A stretch of DNA of 64,000 nucleotides from an uncultured Lachnobacterium sp. GTDB lineage: Bacteria > Bacillota > Clostridia > Lachnospirales > Lachnospiraceae. Shown here piece after piece: positions 10,001 to 19,138 of the stretch (positions are counted from its first letter, which is position 1; every line of letters begins with the position of its first letter). The notes under the pieces are model-generated. The model was not told the DNA's origin and did no database searches. It saw nothing but the letters and a program-made list of their open reading frames with translations. The stretch is from contig URSS01000004.1 of assembly GCA_900550545.1 (NCBI GenBank), positions 52,644-116,643 on the forward strand, read 5' to 3'. The position numbers and the translations under genes are program-made.

Positions 10001-10658
10001 ATCCGGCTTTTGTCAGGTCTGTAATTTCCTGTCCGTCCTTCTGTAAGGAAACGGTAAATGTAACGGTATCACCAACAGTTACTTCTGTCTGATCGGCGGT
10101 AAGCTTTAATGTATATCCATCTTTTGTCACTTCAGAGCTATTCGTTTCTCCCTGGTCCTGACCTTTAATAGTAAGTCCTGCTTCTGAGAGATTTTCATAT
10201 ACTTTTCCATCCTTGATGGCATAAGCATTTTTTGCTCCACTTACAAATGCTGCATACTGCTGTGTGTTATTCCACTGGTTGTCATACTCCGCCTTTTTGT
10301 TGTTGGAATCGTTCTGATAGATGGTAAATCCATCATTTGCTGCAGCATCCTTGATCTGGAACGTCGCACTGTACCAGTTCGTATTTCCTTCCACTGCTGT
10401 CATCTTTGTCTGCTTATTTTCCCATCCAAACGTAGAATTCAGATCGTTTCCCTCCGCAAAGGTAAGCCCGGCCCAGTTCCATATATCCACATACAGTGGA
10501 TCTTTGCTCTCATTGTAGTAATACAGCGTAAAGCTGTCATTTTCTGCCGCCTGTACACTCTCCTTTCTGGCATTCCACACACTAAACTGTGTCAGCACCA
10601 TCGTAAATACAAGCACTATGCTAAGTACTCTTTTTTTCCATGTCCTTTTCTTTTCCAT
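7080..10658 (-). CDS. Secreted multidomain glycoside hydrolase family 53 endo-beta-1,4-galactanase (1192 aa) with N-terminal carbohydrate-binding-like domains and a C-terminal Big_2 Ig-like domain
   Basis: Signal peptide MEKKRTWKKRVLSIVLVFTMVL. GH53-like block MGMDISSMISELESGVVYRDYEGNKLETLDDICKFLADQGINHIRIRVWNNPYD...YYPYWHGT...ETSYAY. C-terminal lysine-rich Big_2-like repeat. RBS GGGAGGA. Confidence 0.75.
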   Translation of the reverse strand: MEKKRTWKKRVLSIVLVFTMVLTQFSVWNARKESVQAAENDSFTLYYYNESKDPLYVDIWNWAGLTFAEGNDLNSTFGWENKQTKMTAVEGNTNWYSATFQIKDAAANDGFTIYQNDSNNKKAEYDNQWNNTQQYAAFVSGAKNAYAIKDGKVYENLSEAGLTIKGQDQGETNSSEVTKDGYTLKLTADQTEVTVGDTVTFTVSLQKDGQEITDLTKAGYHIYWWNNTTESQSEFIDYISEGSDGGRVLTMKMQPQKAGDNEIQINLQDDNWKKIIDNLTIKIQVKQAASTVTDATVNVKKTDKELSSDFIMGMDISSMISELESGVVYRDYEGNKLETLDDICKFLADQGINHIRIRVWNNPYDTNGNGYGGGNNDVEKAKQFADACRKAEIKMLVDFHCSDLWTDPGKQYVPKAWKGYTVEQKAEALTAFLEDSLNTIDPTKDVVDMVQVGNETTNGFIGETDVANMCTLFEAGSKGVKAYNNEVKVVIHLTNPEKANMTRWAKRLDENKVDYDILATSYYPYWHGTLDNLKTQLETVKNTYGKDVMVAETSYAYTLEDSDGHSNTVRVGNNDTADNATEPFTEQGQATAIRNLINTVNNAGGLGVYYWEPAWLTVGDTTGLTGEAYDKQVAANKEKWEKYGSGWASSYASEFDAKDAGVWFGGSAVDNEAMFYPDGTASPSLHVWNYVKTGAVSNEVSVEGMGADLTQEVLANSTFELPKTLDVMYSDETKAEEITWNETDVKKIDTTKAGIYQVAGTVTFSKEITRGTYKGKKSAEVTLTLKVKQANLITNEAAVEFDDGSVFTIDGTMFKNIPSTENPKSGKHSMSWYSAAEATGSVTYNEAITLAKGSYTFEAYAEGKDASVIMQVLNVENDSVLSSGDATEVTGWNEWKTPKVTFTLDKETSVKFRIAVENKAAGWGSVDVLYLHQEGASGDNKDNNGSDSGSSSNTTVVTPTDKDTTEIKNVTAATPSGEKVEATVTITKDSNGNVTDAGATVKSTKPEISTDVAAKIVEAAGTDSVVITTEVTDAKGNTQYTVTVDAKDLTAENTLKVLAVDKKTGEKKLVNAKSYKVDENGTISVSLPKGCEYQLVTAKEVEKVEKAVLKTVEVKKTSVSVKKGKSTKIQLSSKLDMDNVKSVTYTTTKKSVVKVAKNGKITAKKKGTAVVKATVTLKSGKKKTVTMKVKVK

Positions 10659-10680
10659 AGAATCCTCCCTCTCTGTGTTC

Positions 10681-10697
10681 TGACAAATGTTTTGTCA
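10681..10697. promoter_or_regulatory. Perfect palindrome TGACAAA-tgt-TTTGTCA in the galactanase 5' UTR (candidate operator or RNA hairpin)
   Basis: 7-bp inverted repeat with 3-bp spacer, about 23 nt upstream of the ATG. Confidence 0.3.
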
Positions 10698-11463
10698 AAA
10701 CAATGCTGGCAATTTCTCCCTTTGATTTTATCTCTTTATCCAGCTTTGTTTTGCGCAACCGTTTGCGTTTTTTGATGTACATAGTGTACCATATTGATTT
10801 TCAGAGATTCAATTCGCACTATTTCTAATTATTTTTCAGAATTTTATGAAAAATGAACAGACATATTTTTAGACAAAAAACAATTGTGCATAAAAAAGAA
10901 AAGTGCGCAACCAATCTGTGTTTGCGCATTTTTACTACTAATTATTCAATTTTACCAATGATTTTTCGTTAGATACATGAAACTGCTTTCTTTTGTGTCG
11001 TTTTCACGCATTTCTTAAGCTGCTTTCTGTATACAAATTTACGCCCCCAAAAGCAAACCTCCGTACAATATGTTACCACTTCATCAACTGCACTCTCAAA
11101 CTTCATCGGTATACAGATAAAACTCATGGAATTGTGAGTTCTGTTCATAATTCCTCGCATTCCTCGTGATTTGTTGCTGATGTCAGGCATGACATCAAAT
11201 ATGAAATATTTGAGTTTTGCGGACATGGAATTACGTAGTTGTTCTCATCATCTGTCAACCACTGTACTATCTTTTAATCATAAAAATTTATTCATATATC
11301 CTCTGCCGCCCCTAACACCTCATCATTTTCACTTTTGTGGACATATACAATTTTTTCTTAAATAATATCCTTACTTTTTCCTTATATTGGACATATATAT
11401 TGAACGTCTAAAATTAAATCCAAAAAAATATGTGTTTAAAGAACATTTTTTGCAATATATTCT

Positions 11464-11660
11464 ACATATGTCCAATCTTTTTATATTTTGTGGACATTAC
11501 ACTTCTATTTTTTGCATATGTCCATTTTTTTATATTTTATGGACATTACACTTCTTTTTTTTTACATATGTCCATTTTTTATATTTTGTGGACATTACAC
11601 TTTTTTTTTTGCATATCTCCATTCGCTTCATTTTTTCGGACATTATGTTTCTATTTTTAG
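11464..11660. repeat. Tandem array of ~50-bp AT-rich units (3 near-identical, degenerate flanking copies), each with the palindrome ATGTCCA-N16-TGGACAT
   Basis: Units beginning 11464, 11516 and 11566 (acatatgtccattttttatattttgtggacattacacttctatttttt(t)gc); degenerate copy at 11613-11660; a related ttggacatat upstream near 11385. Confidence 0.9.
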
Positions 11661-11664
11661 TTCC

Positions 11665-11703
11665 CACATAAAATGAGTCCCCGGCATTTCTGCCAGGGAC
11701 TCA
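11665..11703 (-). terminator. Terminator of the GGDEF gene
   Basis: GAGTCCCTGG...CCGGGGACTC hairpin (11675-11702) followed on the minus strand by a T-rich tract. Confidence 0.5.
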
Positions 11704-11804
11704 AGCTATAGAGACCAGTATAACTCATATCTGAAAGCCTTTTACTGTCACTGTATAAATTTTTTGCATTAAATCCTGTAACATCGACATCGATTGATAC
11801 TCGA

Positions 11805-13157
11805 TCAGCGAACCCGTCGGTCAATTCCTGATTGTCTATAATAAGCTTCTTTGTCTTTGTACATCCACCTCTCTGCTTCTGTCATCAATTCATCAAGGCT
11901 GGCTGACGCGTCCGGTTTCCAGACATAACCGATAGCCATTGTCACATTTGCCTCTGCCATATAAGACCGCAAGTCACTTATCTTTTCTTTGAGCATTTTT
12001 TTTGTCATTTCCGGACACAGAACAAGAAGCTCATCTCCTCCGATACGGAAAAGCCCATTCTTCTGATTCTCAAACGCCTGCTCCAGACAATCCGCAGCAT
12101 TCATAATAAACTTATCTCCTGCGATATGTCCCTGACTGTCATTCACACGTTTCAGTCCTGTAATATCACAAAATACAACACCTATGCTCCTACGTCTGTC
12201 CACTTGTGTCGCGTAGTTTTCCAATGCGAAACGATTTCCAAGTTTCGTCAACTGGTCATGGAAACTGATTTCCCGTAATTTGCGCACAAGATTTCTTTGT
12301 TTCATTGATGATACGAAAAAATATCCTGTCATCTGTAACATACTCTGCGTGTATTCAAAGGAAATATTTTCTGCAATATTATCCAGACCAAAAAAAGCAA
12401 TCACTTTGCCATTGTCATATAACGGAACCACCACCAGCGAATGAATGCTTTGTTTCTCCAATACTTCATAAAGGATCGGATCTTTTTCCCTGATATCCTC
12501 CAGTTGATGAATGACCACACACCGGTTATCCTGAAACTTTTTGTACCAATGCGCGCACACTTCCGGTGGAAGATTCTGAAGTTCTTCTTTCTCCGGGACA
12601 ACTCCATCCGCCACCCACTCATAGGTATTATTATCATATCCTCTTTCATCCTTTTCAAAGATGTAGGTACGATCGCCATGTAAAGTTTTTCCCAGATATT
12701 CCAACATAACTTCAATGGACTGGTCCGGTGTCGGCGCAAGCAACGCGATACGAAGTCCCTCATTAATGATTGTTTCCAGATTCTGAAAATTCTCGATCAC
12801 ATTTCCCTGCCGGACTTCCTCTCCCACATCCATAGCAATTTCTATACGATAATCTTTACCTGTTTTCTCATCATGTAGCAGCGTATCTTTAAGCAACAGA
12901 TATTTTTTCAGAATAGGATTATAATAACGCCATTCCTGAAAATGCTCCGGTTGCAGTATTTTGTTATTGCACATTTTACATGGCATGGATGAATTCTGTA
13001 GTATCTGATAACATTTCTTTCCTTTGATCTGTTCTAACGAATGATATCCATAAGTTTCCATTGTCTTACGATTCATATAAATCAGCTCATTGGTTTTTAC
13101 ATCAGTAACATACACATATTCATCGAGATTTTCAAAAAATTCCCATACCTTTTTCAT
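11805..13157 (-). CDS. Diguanylate cyclase (GGDEF domain) with N-terminal PAS and GAF-like sensor domains
   Basis: C-terminal GGDEF fold: RSIGVVFCDITGLKRVNDSQGHIAGDKFI...LFRIGGDELLVLC (A-site reads GGDEL). Confidence 0.8.
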   Translation of the reverse strand: MKKVWEFFENLDEYVYVTDVKTNELIYMNRKTMETYGYHSLEQIKGKKCYQILQNSSMPCKMCNNKILQPEHFQEWRYYNPILKKYLLLKDTLLHDEKTGKDYRIEIAMDVGEEVRQGNVIENFQNLETIINEGLRIALLAPTPDQSIEVMLEYLGKTLHGDRTYIFEKDERGYDNNTYEWVADGVVPEKEELQNLPPEVCAHWYKKFQDNRCVVIHQLEDIREKDPILYEVLEKQSIHSLVVVPLYDNGKVIAFFGLDNIAENISFEYTQSMLQMTGYFFVSSMKQRNLVRKLREISFHDQLTKLGNRFALENYATQVDRRRSIGVVFCDITGLKRVNDSQGHIAGDKFIMNAADCLEQAFENQKNGLFRIGGDELLVLCPEMTKKMLKEKISDLRSYMAEANVTMAIGYVWKPDASASLDELMTEAERWMYKDKEAYYRQSGIDRRVR

Positions 13158-13186
13158 CGCATCCGGTTCCTTTTAATACTTACTTT

Positions 13187-14089
13187 TTAAGAAACTACAC
13201 CAATCAGTTCTTTGATATCTTTGACATGATATTTCTTCATATATTCCCCGATACCAGCTACAATCTTCTCCGTCACAGTCGGATCTGTGAAATTTGCAGT
13301 ACCAACCGATACTGCTGTGGCTCCTGCAAGAATCATTTCAATTGCATCATCCGCATTCATGATACCACCCATTCCAATAATCGGGACATTGACTGCCTTT
13401 GCAGTCTGGTACACCATACGTACGGCAACCGGATGAATGGCCGGGCCTGACATGCCACCTGTCTGGTTTGCCAAAACAAATTTACGGCGATTGACATCAA
13501 TCTTCATTCCGGTAATAGTATTAATCAGTGATAATGCATCTGCACCGCCTGCTTCTGCTGCACGCGCCATCTCTGTAATGTCCGTAACATTCGGACTCAG
13601 TTTCATGATCACCGGCTGCTTTGCATGACGCTTCATTTCTTTTGTAATCGTCTCTACGGCTTTTGGATCCTGTCCGAATGCGATACCGCCTTCTTTTACA
13701 TTCGGGCAGGAAATATTGATCTCAAGTAAATCGACCGGCTCATCAGCAAGTCTTTCCACAACTGCTACATATTCTTCGGTAGAATGTCCACATACATTGA
13801 CAATAATCTTTGTATCATATTGTTTTAAAAACGGAATATCACGTTTGCAGAACAATTCAATTCCCGGATTCTGCAGTCCGACCGCGTTGAGCATTCCGCC
13901 GTACACCTCTGCAACACGTGGTGTTGGATTACCTGCCCATGGCACATTTGCCACACCTTTTGTCGTGACTGCTCCAAGCTTATTTAAATCTGCAAATTCA
14001 CTGTATTCCGCACCTGAACCAAATGTTCCGGAAGCAACCGTTACCGGATTTTTCCATTCAACTCCGGCTATATTCACTGACATATTCAT
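13187..14089 (-). CDS. pyrD: Dihydroorotate dehydrogenase catalytic subunit (class 1B)
   Basis: MNMSVNIAGVEWKNPVTVASGTFGSG...; 300 aa; follows pyrK with a 1-nt overlap. Confidence 0.9.
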   Translation of the reverse strand: MNMSVNIAGVEWKNPVTVASGTFGSGAEYSEFADLNKLGAVTTKGVANVPWAGNPTPRVAEVYGGMLNAVGLQNPGIELFCKRDIPFLKQYDTKIIVNVCGHSTEEYVAVVERLADEPVDLLEINISCPNVKEGGIAFGQDPKAVETITKEMKRHAKQPVIMKLSPNVTDITEMARAAEAGGADALSLINTITGMKIDVNRRKFVLANQTGGMSGPAIHPVAVRMVYQTAKAVNVPIIGMGGIMNADDAIEMILAGATAVSVGTANFTDPTVTEKIVAGIGEYMKKYHVKDIKELIGVVS

Positions 14090-14892
14090 TACAGTTCTAC
14101 CTCCTTTGCATTAAATACAGGTCCCTCTTTGCAGATACGTTTGTTCTTCACATTTGAATGTGCATCTTTTTCCGTAGAATTACATACACAGGCAAGACAA
14201 GCTCCGATTCCGCATGCCATACGTTCCTCCATGGAAACATAGCATGTCATGTTCTGTTCTTCGGCATACGCTTTCAGGGCACGCAGCATTGGTGTCGGTC
14301 CACATGCATAGATAACATCCGCATCCAGATGGTTTTCGCGAATTGCATCCAGTACATTTCCTTTGGTTCCAACACTGCCATCCTCAGTTGCCACAAAGCT
14401 TTCACCCTGTTCTTTAAATTCATCCAGAAGAAAAGTTCCGGCATCACGATATCCCATCACAATCTGGAAATTTTCTCCGGCATCTTTCATTTCCTTTGCC
14501 AGCTGTAACATTGGCGGTACGCCGATACCTCCACCAATCAGAAATGCTTTCTTACCTTTTTCCACCGTAAATCCATTGCCCAGCGGTCCCATAATTTTCA
14601 TGGTATCTCCCGCCTGAAGTCTGGAAAACTCTTCGGTTCCGGTATGTTCCCCGGTCACGCGGTAAACCAGGCGCAATGTACCTGCTTTGCGGTCAATTCC
14701 GCACAGACTGATTGGACGAGGTAAAAGCTTGCTTGCATCGTTACTGTATACCGAAACAAACTGTCCAGCTTTCGCTGCCGCTGCAATCTCCTTTGTCTGA
14801 ATGGTTAAATCATATATTCCCGTACCGATCTGTTTTTGTGAGACAACGGTCACGGTCTCCTGAAACTTTTCGCTCATTTTTCTCTCCTGCAT
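14089..14892 (-). CDS. pyrK: Dihydroorotate dehydrogenase electron-transfer subunit (FAD/2Fe-2S)
   Basis: C-terminal Cys cluster CGIGACLACVC; ferredoxin-reductase-like fold; pyr operon context. Confidence 0.85.
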   Translation of the reverse strand: MQERKMSEKFQETVTVVSQKQIGTGIYDLTIQTKEIAAAAKAGQFVSVYSNDASKLLPRPISLCGIDRKAGTLRLVYRVTGEHTGTEEFSRLQAGDTMKIMGPLGNGFTVEKGKKAFLIGGGIGVPPMLQLAKEMKDAGENFQIVMGYRDAGTFLLDEFKEQGESFVATEDGSVGTKGNVLDAIRENHLDADVIYACGPTPMLRALKAYAEEQNMTCYVSMEERMACGIGACLACVCNSTEKDAHSNVKNKRICKEGPVFNAKEVEL

Positions 14893-14925
14893 TCTGCTTC
14901 CAATATAAATGTTCCCACGGTCAGA

Positions 14926-15858
14926 TTACTTAGATGCCAAAGCTCCTGCAATATCTGCGATCATATCTTCAACCGCCATACGGGATGCATCTGCAAAGTT
15001 CTCCGGTGTGATTCCCTGCTCTTTGTATTTATCCTGCTTATAAGCTGCAATAATACCACGGGAAGAATTGATAATTGCTCCTAATCCATCTTCGTTAAAG
15101 AAATGAACCAGATCCTTACCCTTTCCGCCCTGTGCGCCGTAACCCGGAACAAGGATAAATGACTTTGGCATGATCTTACGAAGGATCTTACCCTGCTCCG
15201 GATAAGTTGCTCCGACAACTGCTCCGACATAACTATAAGACTCTCCCATACACTCACTTCCCCACTCAGCAACTTTCTCACCTACGATTTCATACAGCGG
15301 GCGGCCGTCGATCAGACGATCCTGGAACTCGCCACTGGACGGATTAGATGTCTTGACAAGAATGAAGATACCTTTATTTTCTTCCTTACATACATCAACG
15401 AACGGCTTGATACCATCCGTTCCAAGGTATGGATTTACAGTTGCAAAATCCTCATTAAACGTAGAGTAACTCTTGCTTCCGATCTGTACTTTTCCAAGAT
15501 GTCCGGTTGCATAAGCAGCAGATGTCGATCCAATATCTCCACGCTTTACATCACCGATGACAACCAGATCCTTTTCGTGACAGTAATCTACCGTCTTCTG
15601 GAATGCCTTTACACCTTCGATACCAAACTGCTCATACATAGCGATCTGTGGCTTTACGGCCGGAATCAGATCATAAGTTGCATCTACGATTGCCTTGTTA
15701 TACTGCCAGATAGCTTCTGCTGCACCTGCCGGTGTCTCACCGAACTCTGCAAATGCAGCTTTTTGAATATGCTCCGGTACATAGGAAAGCATTGGGTCTA
15801 ATCCTACAACGATTGGTGCATTGGTTTCCTTGATTTTGTCTACTAATTTGTTGATCAT
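14926..15858 (-). CDS. pyrF: Orotidine-5'-phosphate decarboxylase (long type 2)
   Basis: 310 aa; N-terminus MINKLVDKIKETNAPIVVGLDP; operon context. Confidence 0.85.
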   Translation of the reverse strand: MINKLVDKIKETNAPIVVGLDPMLSYVPEHIQKAAFAEFGETPAGAAEAIWQYNKAIVDATYDLIPAVKPQIAMYEQFGIEGVKAFQKTVDYCHEKDLVVIGDVKRGDIGSTSAAYATGHLGKVQIGSKSYSTFNEDFATVNPYLGTDGIKPFVDVCKEENKGIFILVKTSNPSSGEFQDRLIDGRPLYEIVGEKVAEWGSECMGESYSYVGAVVGATYPEQGKILRKIMPKSFILVPGYGAQGGKGKDLVHFFNEDGLGAIINSSRGIIAAYKQDKYKEQGITPENFADASRMAVEDMIADIAGALASK

Positions 15859-15877
15859 GTCTTTTTCCTCTTATCTT

Positions 15878-17218
15878 TTATTTTGTTTTATTCTTAATTT
15901 CATTAAATACTACATTTCCATCACAGATCGTGCATTTGACACATCCGGTCACTTTTCTTCCGTGGAACGGTGTGTTTCTTCCCTTCGATGCAAATTTATT
16001 CTTGTCAATCGTATAAGTTTCCTTCGGGTCAAAAATTACGATATCCGCCTTCTTTCCCGGCTGAATATCACCTTTGTCGATTCCTACGATCTTTGCAGGA
16101 TTGTAACTCATCTTCTCAGCCATCTGCATCGGTGTCAGATATCCGCCCAATACAAGTTCCGAATAAGTCAGACATGCAGCTGTCTCCAATCCAACAATGC
16201 CAAAAGGCGCTTTCTTCATGGATGTATTCTTGTCATCAAATGTATGTGGTGCATGGTCTGTAGAAATCACATCCATAATGTTGTCACGCAGACCTTCCTT
16301 TAATGCTTCCACATCTTCTTTGGTACGAAGCGGTGGATTCATCTTGTAGTTCGTATCTGCATCGGTTTCTTTTGGAATCAGAATACCTGCTTCAATCTGT
16401 GGCACATATTCCGTAATATCATCGGATGTAAGTGTAAAATGATGCGGACAAACCTCTGCAGAAACATGAAGTCCCTCTTCTTTTGCAATCCGTACCATCT
16501 CTACAGAATCTTTTGTGGAACAATGGCACAAATGCAGCTGTGCACCGGTATCTTTACTGAGCACAATATCTCTCGCAATAATGACATCCTCCACGGAATT
16601 CGTGATACCCGGCATACCAAGTTCTTTTGCCTTGGCATCCGCATTCATTACCCCTCCGTGTACCATATTAATGTCCTCACAGTGTGCCAGTACAGGAATA
16701 TGATATTTTGCTGCCTCAAGCATTCCCTCGCGATACACTTCTGCATTCATAACCGATTTACCATCTTCACTGATTGCAGGGATTCCGGCTTCTACCATTC
16801 CCTTGATATCAGCAAGCTCCTTGCCCATCTGTCCCTTGGTGACAGCTCCAACCTGTAATACATGGATGCAGTTACCTGCCTTTGCTTTGTTGTGTACATA
16901 ATTTACAACATCTGCGTTGTCGACAACCGGTTTTGTGTTCGGCATCGTCAGGACCGTCGTATATCCACCGTGAGCCGCTGCTTCCATTCCGGTATAAATA
17001 TCTTCTTTCTGCTCAAAGCCTGGATCACGGAAATGCACATGCATATCAATGAATCCCGGCATAACATAACAGCCGCTTGCGTCTAATACACGATCTGCTT
17101 TTTCTTCTATGTTCTTTTTCATTTCTACAACCTTGTCTTCTTCGATCAACACATCGGCTTCTTCTTCCATCTGTGTTGCCGGATTGATGACGCGGCCGCC
17201 TTTTATCAATATTGACAT
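15878..17218 (-). CDS. pyrC: Dihydroorotase
   Basis: MSILIKGGRVINPA...GFIDMHVHFRDPG metal-binding HxH motif; 446 aa. Confidence 0.9.
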   Translation of the reverse strand: MSILIKGGRVINPATQMEEEADVLIEEDKVVEMKKNIEEKADRVLDASGCYVMPGFIDMHVHFRDPGFEQKEDIYTGMEAAAHGGYTTVLTMPNTKPVVDNADVVNYVHNKAKAGNCIHVLQVGAVTKGQMGKELADIKGMVEAGIPAISEDGKSVMNAEVYREGMLEAAKYHIPVLAHCEDINMVHGGVMNADAKAKELGMPGITNSVEDVIIARDIVLSKDTGAQLHLCHCSTKDSVEMVRIAKEEGLHVSAEVCPHHFTLTSDDITEYVPQIEAGILIPKETDADTNYKMNPPLRTKEDVEALKEGLRDNIMDVISTDHAPHTFDDKNTSMKKAPFGIVGLETAACLTYSELVLGGYLTPMQMAEKMSYNPAKIVGIDKGDIQPGKKADIVIFDPKETYTIDKNKFASKGRNTPFHGRKVTGCVKCTICDGNVVFNEIKNKTK

Positions 17219-17243
17219 CTGATAAATCCTTTCTATTTATATT

Positions 17244-19022
17244 TTATCGTTTTGTTGTTGCTTTCTTTATATCAGAAAGTGCTCCTGCCACGGATTTCTT
17301 TCCATTCGTCTTGCAGGCGCGTACTTTATAATAATAAGTCTTTCCTTTGGAAAGTTTTTTATCGGTATAATGTTTTCCTTTTACGATTGCAACTTTTTTG
17401 TAGGTTCCCTTCTCTGAAGTTGCACGATATACTTCGTAAGTCTTTGCGGAAGCTACTTTGCTCCAGGAAATGCGCATACTGGTTTTTCCAGCTTTCGCAC
17501 GCACCGACTTTACTTTTCCGATGCTTGTTCCTGTCTTATCCGTGTATGCTTTAATGCAGAGATTTCCAATGCCTGTGTATTCTGCCAAATCTGCCAGATC
17601 TCTCCATGATCCGTTGCTATAAACAAAACTCTGCCCATAATCAGAAAAAGCAGTAATTGACAGATGCTGATTTTTTCCGGAGCACTCCATATCCACACCT
17701 TTATTCTTTTTATTGAATTCTACTACAACTGCATATTTCGTACCCTTGGGAATAGATACTGCTTTCTTCAACGGAATCGTATAGACTCCGGCATAGCTTG
17801 TCTTACCGGTAACTTTGGCTGCAAGAATACCACTTGTCGGTTTCTTTGCACTAGCAATATTGGTGTAAATCTTAATTGTATATGGAACATTTGCATCCTG
17901 CATCATGGAGATGGACACAGCTCTCAGTTGCTGATTTGCAGATCCTTTTACTAAAAATACATTGGCCTCTTTCGGATAGGACTTTACCTTATATGCATAG
18001 ACGGCTCCATCATACTGATAATTGTAATCGTAATTATCTCCCGGTTCAAAATCAAAAACCCAAGATGCATCCTCCAGACTGGCATCCTCATACGACATCC
18101 AGAAATAGCTGTAATAACTGTTGTCTGACAAATCCGACCATGAATTACGAACCAGCCATGCTCCATTTTTCTTTGCCGGGTATTTGAAAGCAGATGCCGG
18201 AAAATTGTCATCCCATCCCACAACAATTGCCTGGTGATCTACTGTCGCCTTTTTGTCACAGCGGTATGTTGCAACCATCCCCCCTTCCGGACCATAATAG
18301 ACCATCTGGTCATAAACATTTTTATCTACTGCCGTAAACCCAATGCTCGCCGCTCCATGTGCAATAATTGCTTTCTTCACCGAAGAAGGATTTTTATGAA
18401 TATTCATCAGATATACATTCTGTAAATGCGCTACATCTTTTTGATATGCAAGACTGTCAGATATAGTTCTCGTGACATTTGTATAGGGAGCATCCGATTC
18501 CCTGACCAGTCCCTTCCACTGCATCAAAGCGCGTGATAAATAGTACATATTGCCACCACACGACATATAATTTCCGGATAACAGCGACACATCATCTGCA
18601 AGCATTCCCCCGAACGCATCATCCACCGAATGATAGGTAAAATAAGCAGCCTGCAGCTCACTCAAATCAATGCTTTTGTCCGCAACCTTGTCATCCGTAA
18701 TCAGATCAAACTCTGCCAGTCCGACACCACTGAAAGCCCAACAGGTATTGTAATTCCCCTGCGAACGTGTTGCAGGATACAATGCATGAAGCTCCGCCGT
18801 TGTGTTATGATATGCAGATGGAACCTGAGCTGCTCCTCTCATGCCATCCGAAGAAGTATTCTCCTCGACCGCAGGCACCTCTGCGTCATAAATATCAAGT
18901 GTTCGGCTTTCGATTTCACTTGCCTGCACCTGTGTTGTTCCTACAAGATTTCCAGCAAACACAATGGCTGCAAGCATAACAGGTATTAATTTTTTCATTC
19001 TATTTTTCATAGCATACCTCAT
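17244..19022 (-). CDS. Secreted papain-like (C1 family) cysteine peptidase with C-terminal fibronectin type III domain
   Basis: Signal peptide; catalytic Cys in QGNYNTCWAFSG, His in HQAIVVGWDD, Asn in WLVRNSWS; C-terminal FN3-like KTSMRISWSKVASAKTYEVYRATSEKGTYKKVA. Confidence 0.7.
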   Translation of the reverse strand: MRYAMKNRMKKLIPVMLAAIVFAGNLVGTTQVQASEIESRTLDIYDAEVPAVEENTSSDGMRGAAQVPSAYHNTTAELHALYPATRSQGNYNTCWAFSGVGLAEFDLITDDKVADKSIDLSELQAAYFTYHSVDDAFGGMLADDVSLLSGNYMSCGGNMYYLSRALMQWKGLVRESDAPYTNVTRTISDSLAYQKDVAHLQNVYLMNIHKNPSSVKKAIIAHGAASIGFTAVDKNVYDQMVYYGPEGGMVATYRCDKKATVDHQAIVVGWDDNFPASAFKYPAKKNGAWLVRNSWSDLSDNSYYSYFWMSYEDASLEDASWVFDFEPGDNYDYNYQYDGAVYAYKVKSYPKEANVFLVKGSANQQLRAVSISMMQDANVPYTIKIYTNIASAKKPTSGILAAKVTGKTSYAGVYTIPLKKAVSIPKGTKYAVVVEFNKKNKGVDMECSGKNQHLSITAFSDYGQSFVYSNGSWRDLADLAEYTGIGNLCIKAYTDKTGTSIGKVKSVRAKAGKTSMRISWSKVASAKTYEVYRATSEKGTYKKVAIVKGKHYTDKKLSKGKTYYYKVRACKTNGKKSVAGALSDIKKATTKR

Positions 19023-19138
19023 TCGTACCTTATAGCAATGTACAATTAAGAATATTATATGATTTTTTTATAAAGCATGTCAACAAAATCACCATAAAAA
19101 AAGCCGAGCACACAAAGTGTTCGACTTTCCTTATGATT

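Noticed and set aside
10969-11226. 85-aa minus-strand ORF in the gene-free region
   Set aside because: No RBS, odd composition and no terminator; kept only as a remote possibility.
11387-11676. Three overlapping plus-strand ORFs (94, 76 and 62 aa) in all three frames
   Set aside because: All frames are open only because the AT-rich tandem repeat lacks stop codons. Repetitive F/L/Y-rich translations, no RBS.
17219-17243. PyrR-binding attenuator upstream of pyrC
   Set aside because: Only 26 nt separate the peptidase stop from the pyrC start, and no UCCAGAGAGGCU-like loop was seen here or upstream of the peptidase gene.
19023-19138. Possible terminator after dapB
   Set aside because: The GAGCACACAAAGTGTTCGAC hairpin is too imperfect to call confidently.
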